DNA of 64,000 nucleotides. Origin: Saprospiraceae bacterium. Its GTDB lineage: Bacteria > Bacteroidota > Bacteroidia > Chitinophagales > Saprospiraceae. Of the stretch, positions 8,159 to 16,989 are shown piece after piece (the stretch's first letter is position 1; every line of letters begins with the position of its first letter). Position numbers and translations under genes: made by a program. Location: contig JAGQWR010000071.1 in assembly GCA_020437105.1 (NCBI GenBank), positions 463 to 64,462 of the forward strand, read 5' to 3'. The notes under the pieces were generated by a model that had not been told where the DNA came from, searched no databases, and saw only the letters and a program-made list of their open reading frames with translations.

Positions 8159-11100
8159 ATGAAAAGAATACTACTTTTCTTGTTTCTTGCCTTACCTATT
8201 CTCGGAAGTAGTCAAGTGCTGCCCTGGGATCCCGATCCTGACTGCAACAGTATCACCACTACTGGCATTGTGGCCGTAACCTGTGGTACAACCTACGATT
8301 TCCCGGCAGGGGACCGATATACTTTTGGTATGATCAACCTCAATGGTGCCCTGCCTGCGGCCGGACGTATTGACGTATCAGGCGCCCAAAGCATGTACCA
8401 CCACCCTGCCTGGCAGGTTGATTCTCTGGGAAATGTTTTTGGCGTGACGATGGACAATCTGGGTAATACCTATGTGAGCGCCTCTTCCAATTATTCATCC
8501 GATTTCTTTTTCTATGAATCGGTCATTCGATACGGCGATATAGGCGGTGGCCCGGAAAGTTTGGAAGCGGCCGGAACCATTTATATGCTGGATGCAGCAA
8601 CGGGGCAACCTACTGTATTTTCCGTTCTGCCACAACAGGCCTATAACTTCACCAACTCAACCTGCGAAGGGTTTAACTCTGTTGATCGTTTTACCGGCCC
8701 CGGGCTTGGAAACCTTGTTTTCCATACAGATCTGGAGCTGTTTTATGTCACTAATTTCGAAGACGGTCGTATTTATAGAGTAGATTTACTGGGAAACATC
8801 CTGGATTCCTACGATCCAATGGGATATGATGATGGCGCTCCGGGCATTTCCCTGCTCGGAGAGTTAGCTTATGGGGTTGATATTTCTGATGATGGTACCC
8901 AATTGTTTTTCGGTACTGTCGGAATTGAGGGAAATCCCACATACAATGCTTCTATCTATTCAATCGATTTACAGCCGGATGGAAGCTTTACCGGAACTAT
9001 TGATAACAGTATCATGCCTGTCGGCGCAACCTGGGATAACTATGTAGGCTCAGAAATGTTGCACATTAGCCTGCCAACACTCAATGCCTTTGTAGATGTA
9101 TCAGCAATTGCGGATATAGAATTTACCCCTTCCGGGGATATTCTGGTAGGTAATCGGGTGGGCTGTTTTACTTCTATTCACAATTCTTATAATCATGGCG
9201 GTAGAGCCCTGGTGGTGAGTCAAAGTGGAGGTGTTTATAATACCCTGGTTGGAAGTATCTATACCTCAAATGGAGTTATAGACGATGAAAATGCCTATGG
9301 TGGTGTGTCGGTTTTCGAAAACCCGGCCGGGACTACCGAATATGTGCTATCCTCTGCTGATATGATCTCTGAGGAAGGTCCGCATGGAATCTGTACTCAG
9401 GAAGAAAATGTATTCGGTTCTCCTTTTGCACCTGCTTCTCCTGCGGGGGTAATTTCCTATGCCGGTACAAGCCCCTTAGGAGATGCGAAAGGGATCGGTG
9501 GCGATGTATTTGTATTTAAAGCCTGTATTCTCAGTGGTTGTCCAATAGCTATCGAAGGTTCCGATATTGTGACCTGTAGCAACGAGAGTTTTTCACTTGA
9601 TTTTGATATTTCAGGTGGTACAGCCGATGATGTGGAAGTTACCTGGACGGACCTCAGCGGAATGGAGATTGATCCAACTGATCTTTCTATTGAAAACAAT
9701 GACTGTGCACCTGCTTTGATTCAATATGTGGTCACTGCGGTTTGTATAGAAGATACAACTGTTATGCTTCAGGATACGGTTAATGTCACCGTTATTACGG
9801 ATGATATTTCACCTTTCATTACCATCATCGAGGAGCCTTGTTTTATTGATATTGTTATCGACTCGGCTTGCACCGAATTCCTGACCATTGTAGGTGACAT
9901 CCCGGTCATTAATCCAGGCGATGTAGGTTCGGTAACGGTTGAAATCATGCAGACAACCAAAATGTCCTGCTCGATTTTAGAAGTTACCCTCAATTATAAT
10001 TGTGCTTGCTCCATCAGTGACCTGGTAGCCACTCCCGGCGATTGTGAGGATGGCTTCTTTATGGTCAGTCTCGACTTTGACGCGCAGAATAACACGGACC
10101 AGTTTCAGGTCACAGATCAGGACGGGACTGACCTGGGTACCTTTAACTATGCTGATTTACCTGTCCTGGTAGGTCCATTTCTGGGAGATCCGACCATGGT
10201 TTATACCCTAAACGTGCAAGACCTTGGCTTGACAGATTGCATGGCCAGTCTGGATTTTGGTCCGGTAAATTGTGCAGTCGCCTGTGGCGCCGGAAATGAA
10301 GGTCCGATTTGCGAAGGAGCTACTCTGCAGCTCTTTGAAAATGGCGGGGATGCCGAATTCTGGTCCTGGAGCTCAGACGGAAATGCTTTAATAAATGCAC
10401 CCGACAGCCAAACCCCGACTGCTACCAACGTGATCAATGGCGAAATTTTCACAGTTACAATAACTTCAGCCACCGGATTAACAGAAACCTGCACTACGGT
10501 AGCTACTGTTTTTGAATTACCAGTTTGTAATGCAGACACAGATGGTCCAATCTGCGAAGGAGGCATGCTCCAATTGATGGAAAATGGCGGAGAAGCAGTA
10601 AGCTGGTCCTGGTCTTCAGACGGTGGAGCGGTGATCTCTGATCCGACGGCACAGAATCCAACTGCCACAAGTGTAGCTAATGGTGAATCATTTACCGTCG
10701 AAATCACCGATGCAAATGGTTGTGTTAGTAGTTGTACGGTCTCGGCGGTGGTTAATGATCCACCGGTTTGCAACGCCGAAACGGATGGTGCAATCTGCGA
10801 AGGTGGTACGCTCCAATTGATGGAGAATGGCGGAGAAGCAGTAAGCTGGTTCTGGTCTTCCGACGGAGGAGCGGTGATCTCTGACCCGACTACCCAAAAC
10901 CCAACAGCTACAAATGTGACTGACGGCGAGACCTTCACCGTTGAAATCACTGATGCAAATGGCTGTATCAGTAACTGTAGTGTATCGGCTATTGTAAATG
11001 AATTACCAGTTTGTAATGCCATTAATGACGGACCAATTTGTGAGGGAGGTACCTTGCAACTTTCAGAAGATGGAGGTGATGCAACAGGCTGGTCCTGGTC

Positions 11101-12577
11101 TTCAGACGGAGGAGCTGTTATCTCTGATCCGACTGCACAAAACCCAACAGCCACAAATGTATCTGATGGTGAAACCTTTACTGTTGTAGTTACGGATGCA
11201 AATGGCTGTGAGAGTACCTGTACCACTACTGCCGAGGTATTTGATCTGCCTGTCTGCAATGCCAGCAATGACGGTCCGATTTGTGCAGGAGATCCTCTCT
11301 CTTTAATGGAAGATGGAGGTGATGCAATTGCCTGGTCCTGGTCATCAGATGGCAGCGCAATTATTAATGCCACGAGTGATCAATACCCGGTAGCAACCAA
11401 CGTTTCAGACGGCGAAGTATTCACCGTAGAAATTACTGATGAAAATGGTTGTGTGAGTACGTGTACGACGGTGGCAGAAGTCTTTGATGCTCCGGAAGTA
11501 TCTGCCAGCAACAATGGTCCGATCTGTGAAGGAGATATTTTAATCCTGGAAGCAAATGTACAGGGTGGTTCGCCTCCATTTAGCTATTTGTGGAGTCATG
11601 ATAACGGCTTCAGTTCAAGCAACCAAACTGTTTTCATCCAAATGACAACCCAGGATGATGCAGGTACATATTCACTTGAGGTAATCGATGCTAATGGCTG
11701 TACATCAAGTGCTTCCACAGATGTAACCATCAACCTGAATCTGACCTATCCTGGAGAAATAGCAGCAGACGAGTACTTCTGTGGGCCCGGATATGATCCG
11801 GCGCTCATCTATGAAGTTGCGCCTCCTTCCGGTGCACCGGGCCCAATTGAATTCTTCTGGATGCAAATGGTTGAAGGCGGTGAATGGGAAATCATTCCCG
11901 GAGCAACAGGAGCTACCTACAACCCAGGTCCGATTTATGTAACCACCAAATATTCCCGCTGTGTGCGGATTGATGGCTGTATTTCCGCTTTAGAATCCAA
12001 TGTGGTGACAAAAACAGTTGGTGATGAAGCCATAGCTAATCCAATGGGTCCTACAGGTGTTTGTCTGGGCGATGAGGCCTTTTATTTTGTAGTCCCAACA
12101 CCAGGAGCTACCTATCTCTGGGACTTTGGATCTGGAGCTACAGCCTCTTCTACTACAAATTCGTGGGCAACGGTTTCCTGGGCAACAGTTGGTTTCCATA
12201 CCATTACGATCACTGTTTCCACGGCTTCCTGTACAGCGACAAATTACCTGGATGTAATAGTGACTAATAGTCCGGTGTATTGCGGCAGCATACCTAATCC
12301 ACAGCCTTCGATAACGGATCAGGTTGTGCTGTCAAAAATGACCATCTATCCGAATCCATTTGAGGAGGAAGTAACAGTCAGGTTCAGCGAGGAGACCAGG
12401 GCGCAGGGCCTAGTGTCGGTCAGCGACCTAAACGGACGCATCATCCAAACGATAAAAGTAAGTCCTGGTACAAGAGAGATTGAGCTGAATCTATCCGATC
12501 TACCAGGAGGTATTTATTTCATCCGCCTGGAGCAACCTGGTGAACAGGCATATTATGAGAAAATTATTAAACGATAA
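8159..12577 (+). CDS. Large secreted Cys-rich repeat protein (adhesin-like) with a PKD-like domain and T9SS type A C-terminal sorting domain
   Basis: 1472 aa with a signal peptide. It has 5-6 tandem 81-aa modules (CNA.NDGPICEGGTLQL.E.GG.A..WSWSSDGGAVISDPTAQNPTATNV.DGETFTVEITDANGC). A PKD-like segment follows (GATYLWDFGSGA...HTITITVS). The C-terminus MTIYPNPFEEEVTVRF...GIYFIRLEQ is typical of a Por/T9SS CTD. Confidence 0.8.
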   Translation: MKRILLFLFLALPILGSSQVLPWDPDPDCNSITTTGIVAVTCGTTYDFPAGDRYTFGMINLNGALPAAGRIDVSGAQSMYHHPAWQVDSLGNVFGVTMDNLGNTYVSASSNYSSDFFFYESVIRYGDIGGGPESLEAAGTIYMLDAATGQPTVFSVLPQQAYNFTNSTCEGFNSVDRFTGPGLGNLVFHTDLELFYVTNFEDGRIYRVDLLGNILDSYDPMGYDDGAPGISLLGELAYGVDISDDGTQLFFGTVGIEGNPTYNASIYSIDLQPDGSFTGTIDNSIMPVGATWDNYVGSEMLHISLPTLNAFVDVSAIADIEFTPSGDILVGNRVGCFTSIHNSYNHGGRALVVSQSGGVYNTLVGSIYTSNGVIDDENAYGGVSVFENPAGTTEYVLSSADMISEEGPHGICTQEENVFGSPFAPASPAGVISYAGTSPLGDAKGIGGDVFVFKACILSGCPIAIEGSDIVTCSNESFSLDFDISGGTADDVEVTWTDLSGMEIDPTDLSIENNDCAPALIQYVVTAVCIEDTTVMLQDTVNVTVITDDISPFITIIEEPCFIDIVIDSACTEFLTIVGDIPVINPGDVGSVTVEIMQTTKMSCSILEVTLNYNCACSISDLVATPGDCEDGFFMVSLDFDAQNNTDQFQVTDQDGTDLGTFNYADLPVLVGPFLGDPTMVYTLNVQDLGLTDCMASLDFGPVNCAVACGAGNEGPICEGATLQLFENGGDAEFWSWSSDGNALINAPDSQTPTATNVINGEIFTVTITSATGLTETCTTVATVFELPVCNADTDGPICEGGMLQLMENGGEAVSWSWSSDGGAVISDPTAQNPTATSVANGESFTVEITDANGCVSSCTVSAVVNDPPVCNAETDGAICEGGTLQLMENGGEAVSWFWSSDGGAVISDPTTQNPTATNVTDGETFTVEITDANGCISNCSVSAIVNELPVCNAINDGPICEGGTLQLSEDGGDATGWSWSSDGGAVISDPTAQNPTATNVSDGETFTVVVTDANGCESTCTTTAEVFDLPVCNASNDGPICAGDPLSLMEDGGDAIAWSWSSDGSAIINATSDQYPVATNVSDGEVFTVEITDENGCVSTCTTVAEVFDAPEVSASNNGPICEGDILILEANVQGGSPPFSYLWSHDNGFSSSNQTVFIQMTTQDDAGTYSLEVIDANGCTSSASTDVTINLNLTYPGEIAADEYFCGPGYDPALIYEVAPPSGAPGPIEFFWMQMVEGGEWEIIPGATGATYNPGPIYVTTKYSRCVRIDGCISALESNVVTKTVGDEAIANPMGPTGVCLGDEAFYFVVPTPGATYLWDFGSGATASSTTNSWATVSWATVGFHTITITVSTASCTATNYLDVIVTNSPVYCGSIPNPQPSITDQVVLSKMTIYPNPFEEEVTVRFSEETRAQGLVSVSDLNGRIIQTIKVSPGTREIELNLSDLPGGIYFIRLEQPGEQAYYEKIIKR
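10283..11740 (+). repeat. Intragenic 243-bp tandem repeat, 5 close units plus 1 divergent unit
   Basis: Unit-initial Cys codons lie at 10283, 10526, 10769, 11012 and 11255, an exact 243-nt period. A sixth degenerate unit starts near 11498. Confidence 0.85.
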
Positions 12578-12598
12578 ACTGCTATCATAATAAACTTT

Positions 12599-12647
12599 AG
12601 TCATCCCGAATTTTGGAGAAATCTGAAATTCGGGATTTTTATTTTTG
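12599..12647 (+). terminator. Intrinsic terminator built from the reusable 'agtcatcccgaatttt' hairpin word
   Basis: atcccgaattt (12603-12613) pairs with aaattcgggat (12626-12636), followed by ttttattttt. It sits 22 nt after the stop of the 1472-aa gene. The same word occurs at 24653 and, inverted, at 24947-24966. Confidence 0.75.
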
Positions 12648-12670
12648 GCGATAAGGGTTTAAAACGTTTC

Positions 12671-12748
12671 ACAGGTTGGCAACCTGTCAGGTTGCCGACC
12701 TGACAGGTTGCCGACCTGACAGGTTGCCGACCTGACAGGTTGCCGACC
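12671..12748. repeat. 16-bp tandem array (cctgacaggttgccga), about 4.5 units, internally palindromic
   Basis: acaggttggcaacctgt cctgtcaggttgccga (cctgacaggttgccga)x3 cct. Neighbouring units form alternative hairpins (cctgtcagg..cctgacagg). Confidence 0.9.
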
Positions 12749-12802
12749 TATCAAATCTGAAACACCCAAAAAATTACAAGTGCCTGTTTTTCAGGCAAAT
12801 AC

Positions 12803-12839
12803 AAAAAGGACCTGTCAGGTCGCTGACCTGACAGGTCCT
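12803..12839 (-). terminator. Intrinsic terminator of the VIT-vWA gene (15-bp perfect palindrome)
   Basis: aggacctgtcaggtc (12807-12821) pairs with gacctgacaggtcct (12825-12839) around a 3-nt loop. An A-run at 12803-12807 on the plus strand gives a U-run on the minus transcript. It uses the same cctgacagg word as the adjacent array. Confidence 0.7.
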
Positions 12840-12876
12840 TTATAGGAACCAAAAATTCTGGTTTTTTATCCCCGAA

Positions 12877-15087
12877 TCAATTGTTATATACCTCGTAAAC
12901 CTGCCCATTCATGACAAAGCGAACATTCTGGCCGAGTGCCAAAAATTCCTGACTGGCAGGTTCATCTTGCAATAATTGGAAGTAGGCATCCGAGTTGAAG
13001 GCAATCCTGTTTAGAGGCAATTTATCCTTCTCCTGAATCCTGGAATCTGTCCATATCCCTGCATTTTGATAGACTGCTCTTCCCTGGACATTAACTATGT
13101 TTTCAGCCAGATTTCGGGTACTGCCATCATTTGCTTTATAATCCATACGGTCTCTTCCTGCCTGGGATTGCGCCAAATTTTCTGAATTATTCAGGCTCTG
13201 AATCTCCTTGCTGGCACGCACACTGCTTTCTCCGGCCACTTCTTCCATGGATTGTTGGTACATATCCATCTGATCTTCCATGGCAGGTGCCCCTGAAGAC
13301 ATACGAGGACTCAACAAGGCATCTTCCTGTCTGATCTGGTTGCCACCTATCAGATTTTGCTCATCTTCAATAATCAGATAACTTGTATATGGCGTAATGA
13401 TTCCATAGCGCTTGGAAAGCCGAACCACCTCAGTGACCAGTTCTTCCGATTCGCCATTCAGGCGGATCTGATCCAGGAGATACCCTACTGCACGGGCTCC
13501 CCACAGTGGCGGAATAAAGTCATTTTCTTTTGATTCCTTCGAAAATACCAGATCATATTCGTACTGCTTTGTTTTTCCATCACTCTGGCCGGTCAGAATT
13601 AATTTTGCCGAGCCGTTGCCCTTGTATTGGCCCAACAAGGAAATGCTGCCGCCCTTAAAAAGATCAGGAAGCTCTTTTGGATAAACCTGAACCAGATCAA
13701 CTCCCGAGCTTCGGACCGACCATTCCAGATTGGTGAGGACCGGTGCAGACACTTTCGTGAAAAAGTCGGACACCTTTATTTCAATATCTTCTTCCGGTAA
13801 TACGTAGGTGCGATAGGCTCTGGTTAACTGCGTCAATTGATCAAGCAAATGCGTATTGAGGTTGGTACCAATGCCAAAGGTGAAAATCCTTCGTTCATTA
13901 GAATTCTGTTTTCCTACCCAATGCAACAACCGGGTTTCATCAGTCTCCCCGATTGTAGGTTTACCATCTGTTAAAAAGATAAGCATGTGCAGGCGATTCC
14001 CTTCATCCTGACGAAAGGCCAGCTCCAATGCTTCTTCCACATTAGTCCCCCCAATTGCCTGCAGGTTTTCGACATAATCGCGGGCCTTTTTCCGGTTTGC
14101 CTCCGTGTTTTCCTGAAGTTTGGGAAAAGCCGCTTCAGCTTCGGTTGAAAAGCGTACGATATTAAATCGATCTTCCTTTTGCAGATTTTCCAGACAAAAC
14201 AGAAGTGCTTTTTTGGCTTGCTCCATTTTTGGACCCGCCATGCTACCAGATGCATCAAGGACAAAAGTGATATCCTTTGCTACAACGGGTGCCTTTTCAT
14301 TTAATCCGGGACTGAAATTGAGGAAGAAAAAACCATCCTCATTCCCCTCTTTATATTGGAGTAGAGACACCCCCATTTCTGAATTATCATCTGTAAAATA
14401 CAATTGCAGGTCGGCAGGTGGCACACTTTGATCCATTTCCATTCCAACAACAGCATCACAGGCGCCACTGCGCTTAATCTCGACCTGGTGGCTTGGACAA
14501 TACAGGGTTTTGAGTGAATTGCTGGTTTTCAGATCAATCTTAGCGCTAAAGGAAGCCGGTCCCAGTTTAGCTGTATTGGCAGGAATAGGTAATACAAAAC
14601 TGGTTGTGGCATTGTCTTTAGGCAGTACCTGAGTATAAGTTAGTTTGATACGCTGATCTGAACCTGGCTGAATTGGGAAAACACTCATGCGGAATAAATC
14701 CTGTTCCTGATATTCCAACAAGGCCGGATCTTGAAATTTGCGGAGAATTTCGTTGTAAATTTGTCTGGCTTTTTTCGCATCCAGCAATTCACCTTTGGTT
14801 TCTACGCCATTGATAAACATGCTAAAATCCCGGATACTGGATCCTTTGGGGATTGGGAACATAAAAAATCCTTGCAATTGGTGGCTGGTAGGGTTATGAA
14901 AAACCTGATCCAGGCTGACTTTTGCTATTTGGTCGTTGATGCTGGCTTCTACTTTCATTTCCCGAATTTCCAGCTCAAACAAACCAGCTGTTGGCCTGGG
15001 CATAGGGGGTTCCGGTATGATAATGCGCTGGGAAAAAAGACCGGTTGAGGAAACAAAAAAAAGTAATAAGAAAATACTTCGTCTCAT
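12877..15087 (-). CDS. Secreted VIT domain plus von Willebrand factor A domain protein (ITIH-like architecture)
   Basis: 736 aa with a signal peptide. A VIT-like N-terminus is present (VEASINDQIAKVSLDQVFHNPTSHQLQGFFMFPIPKGSSIRDFSMFING). The vWA MIDAS motif is DITFVLDASGSMAG...RFNIVRFSTEAE...GGTN. Confidence 0.85.
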   Translation of the reverse strand: MRRSIFLLLFFVSSTGLFSQRIIIPEPPMPRPTAGLFELEIREMKVEASINDQIAKVSLDQVFHNPTSHQLQGFFMFPIPKGSSIRDFSMFINGVETKGELLDAKKARQIYNEILRKFQDPALLEYQEQDLFRMSVFPIQPGSDQRIKLTYTQVLPKDNATTSFVLPIPANTAKLGPASFSAKIDLKTSNSLKTLYCPSHQVEIKRSGACDAVVGMEMDQSVPPADLQLYFTDDNSEMGVSLLQYKEGNEDGFFFLNFSPGLNEKAPVVAKDITFVLDASGSMAGPKMEQAKKALLFCLENLQKEDRFNIVRFSTEAEAAFPKLQENTEANRKKARDYVENLQAIGGTNVEEALELAFRQDEGNRLHMLIFLTDGKPTIGETDETRLLHWVGKQNSNERRIFTFGIGTNLNTHLLDQLTQLTRAYRTYVLPEEDIEIKVSDFFTKVSAPVLTNLEWSVRSSGVDLVQVYPKELPDLFKGGSISLLGQYKGNGSAKLILTGQSDGKTKQYEYDLVFSKESKENDFIPPLWGARAVGYLLDQIRLNGESEELVTEVVRLSKRYGIITPYTSYLIIEDEQNLIGGNQIRQEDALLSPRMSSGAPAMEDQMDMYQQSMEEVAGESSVRASKEIQSLNNSENLAQSQAGRDRMDYKANDGSTRNLAENIVNVQGRAVYQNAGIWTDSRIQEKDKLPLNRIAFNSDAYFQLLQDEPASQEFLALGQNVRFVMNGQVYEVYNN

Positions 15088-15166
15088 GATTTTTGGTTTT
15101 TACAGGCTTAGAACGTGTCCGGGATTTACACTTCGGCACATTAGCGGCAATTCCCAAACACGTTCT

Positions 15167-15198
15167 TAAAAAAGAGCCATTCAAAATTGAATGGCTCT
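15167..15198 (-). terminator. Intrinsic terminator after the upstream vWA gene
   Basis: agagccattcaa / ttgaatggctct palindrome. An A-run at 15167-15172 on the plus strand gives a U-run on the minus transcript. Confidence 0.6.
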
Positions 15199-15215
15199 CC
15201 AGTCGGGAATTACAA

Positions 15216-16346
15216 TTAATTTTCTTCGGCTTTAAATTCTTTGGCTTCTGCCTGTTCGCGAACAGCACTAAGCATCACTTTATCCAGGGTATTGGGCTCT
15301 CCTGCCATTTCTTCCATAGCCTCTTTACGGAAAGCTTCAGCTTCTTTTTCCAGGGATAAAATTTGCTCCTGGATAGCGCTGCGTTCTTTGGATTTTTCCT
15401 CAACAAAAGCGACACGCTCCTCTCCACTCATTTCCTGCATTTCTGCCGGTAATTCTTCCACTTCAATTTCTTCCAGAATTTCCGCATCGTCTTCCATAGC
15501 ATCCACCAAATCCCAGGAACTATTGCGATATGAGTCTTTTGCCTTGTAACTAGCCCGGCTGGCAGCATTGGCTGCACCGTACTCGGCGGCATTAGCATCC
15601 TGAGTCATTTGCATTTCCTTGCGGGATTCCCCTTCGCGGCCATAACCGATGTAGGTCTCATTCAGTTTTTGATTCAGTTCGAGAATATCCTGATCAAAAG
15701 GAGTAGCCACATGCACCACCTCCTGGCTTTGGTCAATATTCAGATATTCGCCATCAGCGAGATCAGCCCCTTCTTTCCAGGAGGTATTAATACCTTCGTT
15801 GTAGTCTCCACAGAAGATCGTATTGATCTGGATACCATCGGAAATGGCGTCTTTACAAGCTTTACGGAAATCTACCGGTCCCTGTGTAAAGGGCTCATTA
15901 CCGGCAATGAAAATCAACTTCAGGTCATCTGTTGCCGGAGACCACTTTAATTTTAACGTTGCATCTTCAATGACAGCGCCACAATATTCATCCCCACCAT
16001 TGGTACTCAGGCCAAAGAGCCGTTCGGAAACCAAATCCAGATCAGAAGATAATTCACTTACCTGACGGATATAGTTATCGGATTGGGCCAATCCGCTATT
16101 TCCATATTCGTACAAGGCAATTTCAATGTAGGGTGCCACTCCTTTTTTCTTGGTTGTAGCCAATTCGTTTACCATTTTCCAGAGTTGCGACTTGGCCTGA
16201 TCAATGAGCCCGTCCATACTATTGGAGGTATCAAGCAATAAGGCAATTTGGATGGTGGGTTTCTCTACAGTTGCAGGTAATTGCTGAACATTCTGTGTAG
16301 GTTGGATAAACAGAAAAGCAAAAACAAAAGCGAGCATTTTTAGCAT
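15216..16346 (-). CDS. Secreted vWA domain protein with an acidic coiled-coil C-terminus
   Basis: 376 aa with a signal peptide. The MIDAS motif is IALLLDTSNSMDG...GGDEYCG. The C-terminal ~100 aa are Glu/Ala/Lys-rich. Confidence 0.8.
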   Translation of the reverse strand: MLKMLAFVFAFLFIQPTQNVQQLPATVEKPTIQIALLLDTSNSMDGLIDQAKSQLWKMVNELATTKKKGVAPYIEIALYEYGNSGLAQSDNYIRQVSELSSDLDLVSERLFGLSTNGGDEYCGAVIEDATLKLKWSPATDDLKLIFIAGNEPFTQGPVDFRKACKDAISDGIQINTIFCGDYNEGINTSWKEGADLADGEYLNIDQSQEVVHVATPFDQDILELNQKLNETYIGYGREGESRKEMQMTQDANAAEYGAANAASRASYKAKDSYRNSSWDLVDAMEDDAEILEEIEVEELPAEMQEMSGEERVAFVEEKSKERSAIQEQILSLEKEAEAFRKEAMEEMAGEPNTLDKVMLSAVREQAEAKEFKAEEN

Positions 16347-16452
16347 AGCGAATGATTTGAGGTTATTGAATTCGGGTTCTAAGATGGATTTCCGAACATT
16401 TTTGGTGTTTGTTAGAATTTCTTTAACAGTTTATTAACTCCCCGGGGTAAAG

Positions 16453-16460
16453 TACTTTTG
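16453..16460 (+). promoter_or_regulatory. Bacteroidota -7 promoter box TACTTTTG (TAnnTTTG)
   Basis: Exact match to TAnnTTTG, 78 nt upstream of the FKBP gene ATG. Confidence 0.5.
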
Positions 16461-16537
16461 TGTTTTCAAATCAAATTTTACAGCCCCGACGTAATATTTA
16501 CGCGGACATGTTTAGTTTTGCACCAAATTAATTTCTT

Positions 16538-16981
16538 ATGCGCCTATTGGTTTTTTTATCCCTTGCTGTATGCCTCGTTATTTCTGCCTGTACTAAGGAT
16601 CAATTGGAAAAGGATAAGGAGAAAATTGAGAAATATCTGGATGATAATGGCCTCATTGCAGAATCAACCGATTCGGGCATATATTACATTATTGAGGAGG
16701 AAGGGACAGGTACGGAGCACCCAAATGTAAATTCAGAAGTTACTGTTTATTATACAGGCTATTTTTTAGACGGCTCTTTCTTTGACGGAACGGGAGGTAC
16801 TCCTGCTACTTTTTTCCTATATGAAACCATAAAAGGATGGCAGCAAGGCATTCCACTATTCAAAAGAGGTGGTAAAGGCAAACTCTTTATTCCATCAGAA
16901 CTTGGATATGGAAGTTCTAACTATGGCCCTATTCCAGGCAATTCTGTCCTGGTTTTCAATATTGAACTTGTTGACTTTTAG
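16538..16981 (+). CDS. FKBP-type peptidyl-prolyl cis-trans isomerase (lipoprotein)
   Basis: 147 aa. The lipobox is VISACTKD. Contains VTVYYTGYFLDGSFFD...IKGWQQGIPLFKRGGKGKLFIPSELGYG. Confidence 0.9.
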   Translation: MRLLVFLSLAVCLVISACTKDQLEKDKEKIEKYLDDNGLIAESTDSGIYYIIEEEGTGTEHPNVNSEVTVYYTGYFLDGSFFDGTGGTPATFFLYETIKGWQQGIPLFKRGGKGKLFIPSELGYGSSNYGPIPGNSVLVFNIELVDF

Positions 16982-16989
16982 GAGCGATC

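Noticed and set aside
10201-11373. 390-aa ORF antisense to the 1472-aa repeat protein
   Set aside because: It lies exactly over the 243-bp tandem repeat and mirrors its periodicity. It is low-complexity (Ser/Pro/Thr-rich) with no start context or promoter box. It is an artefact of repeat codon composition.
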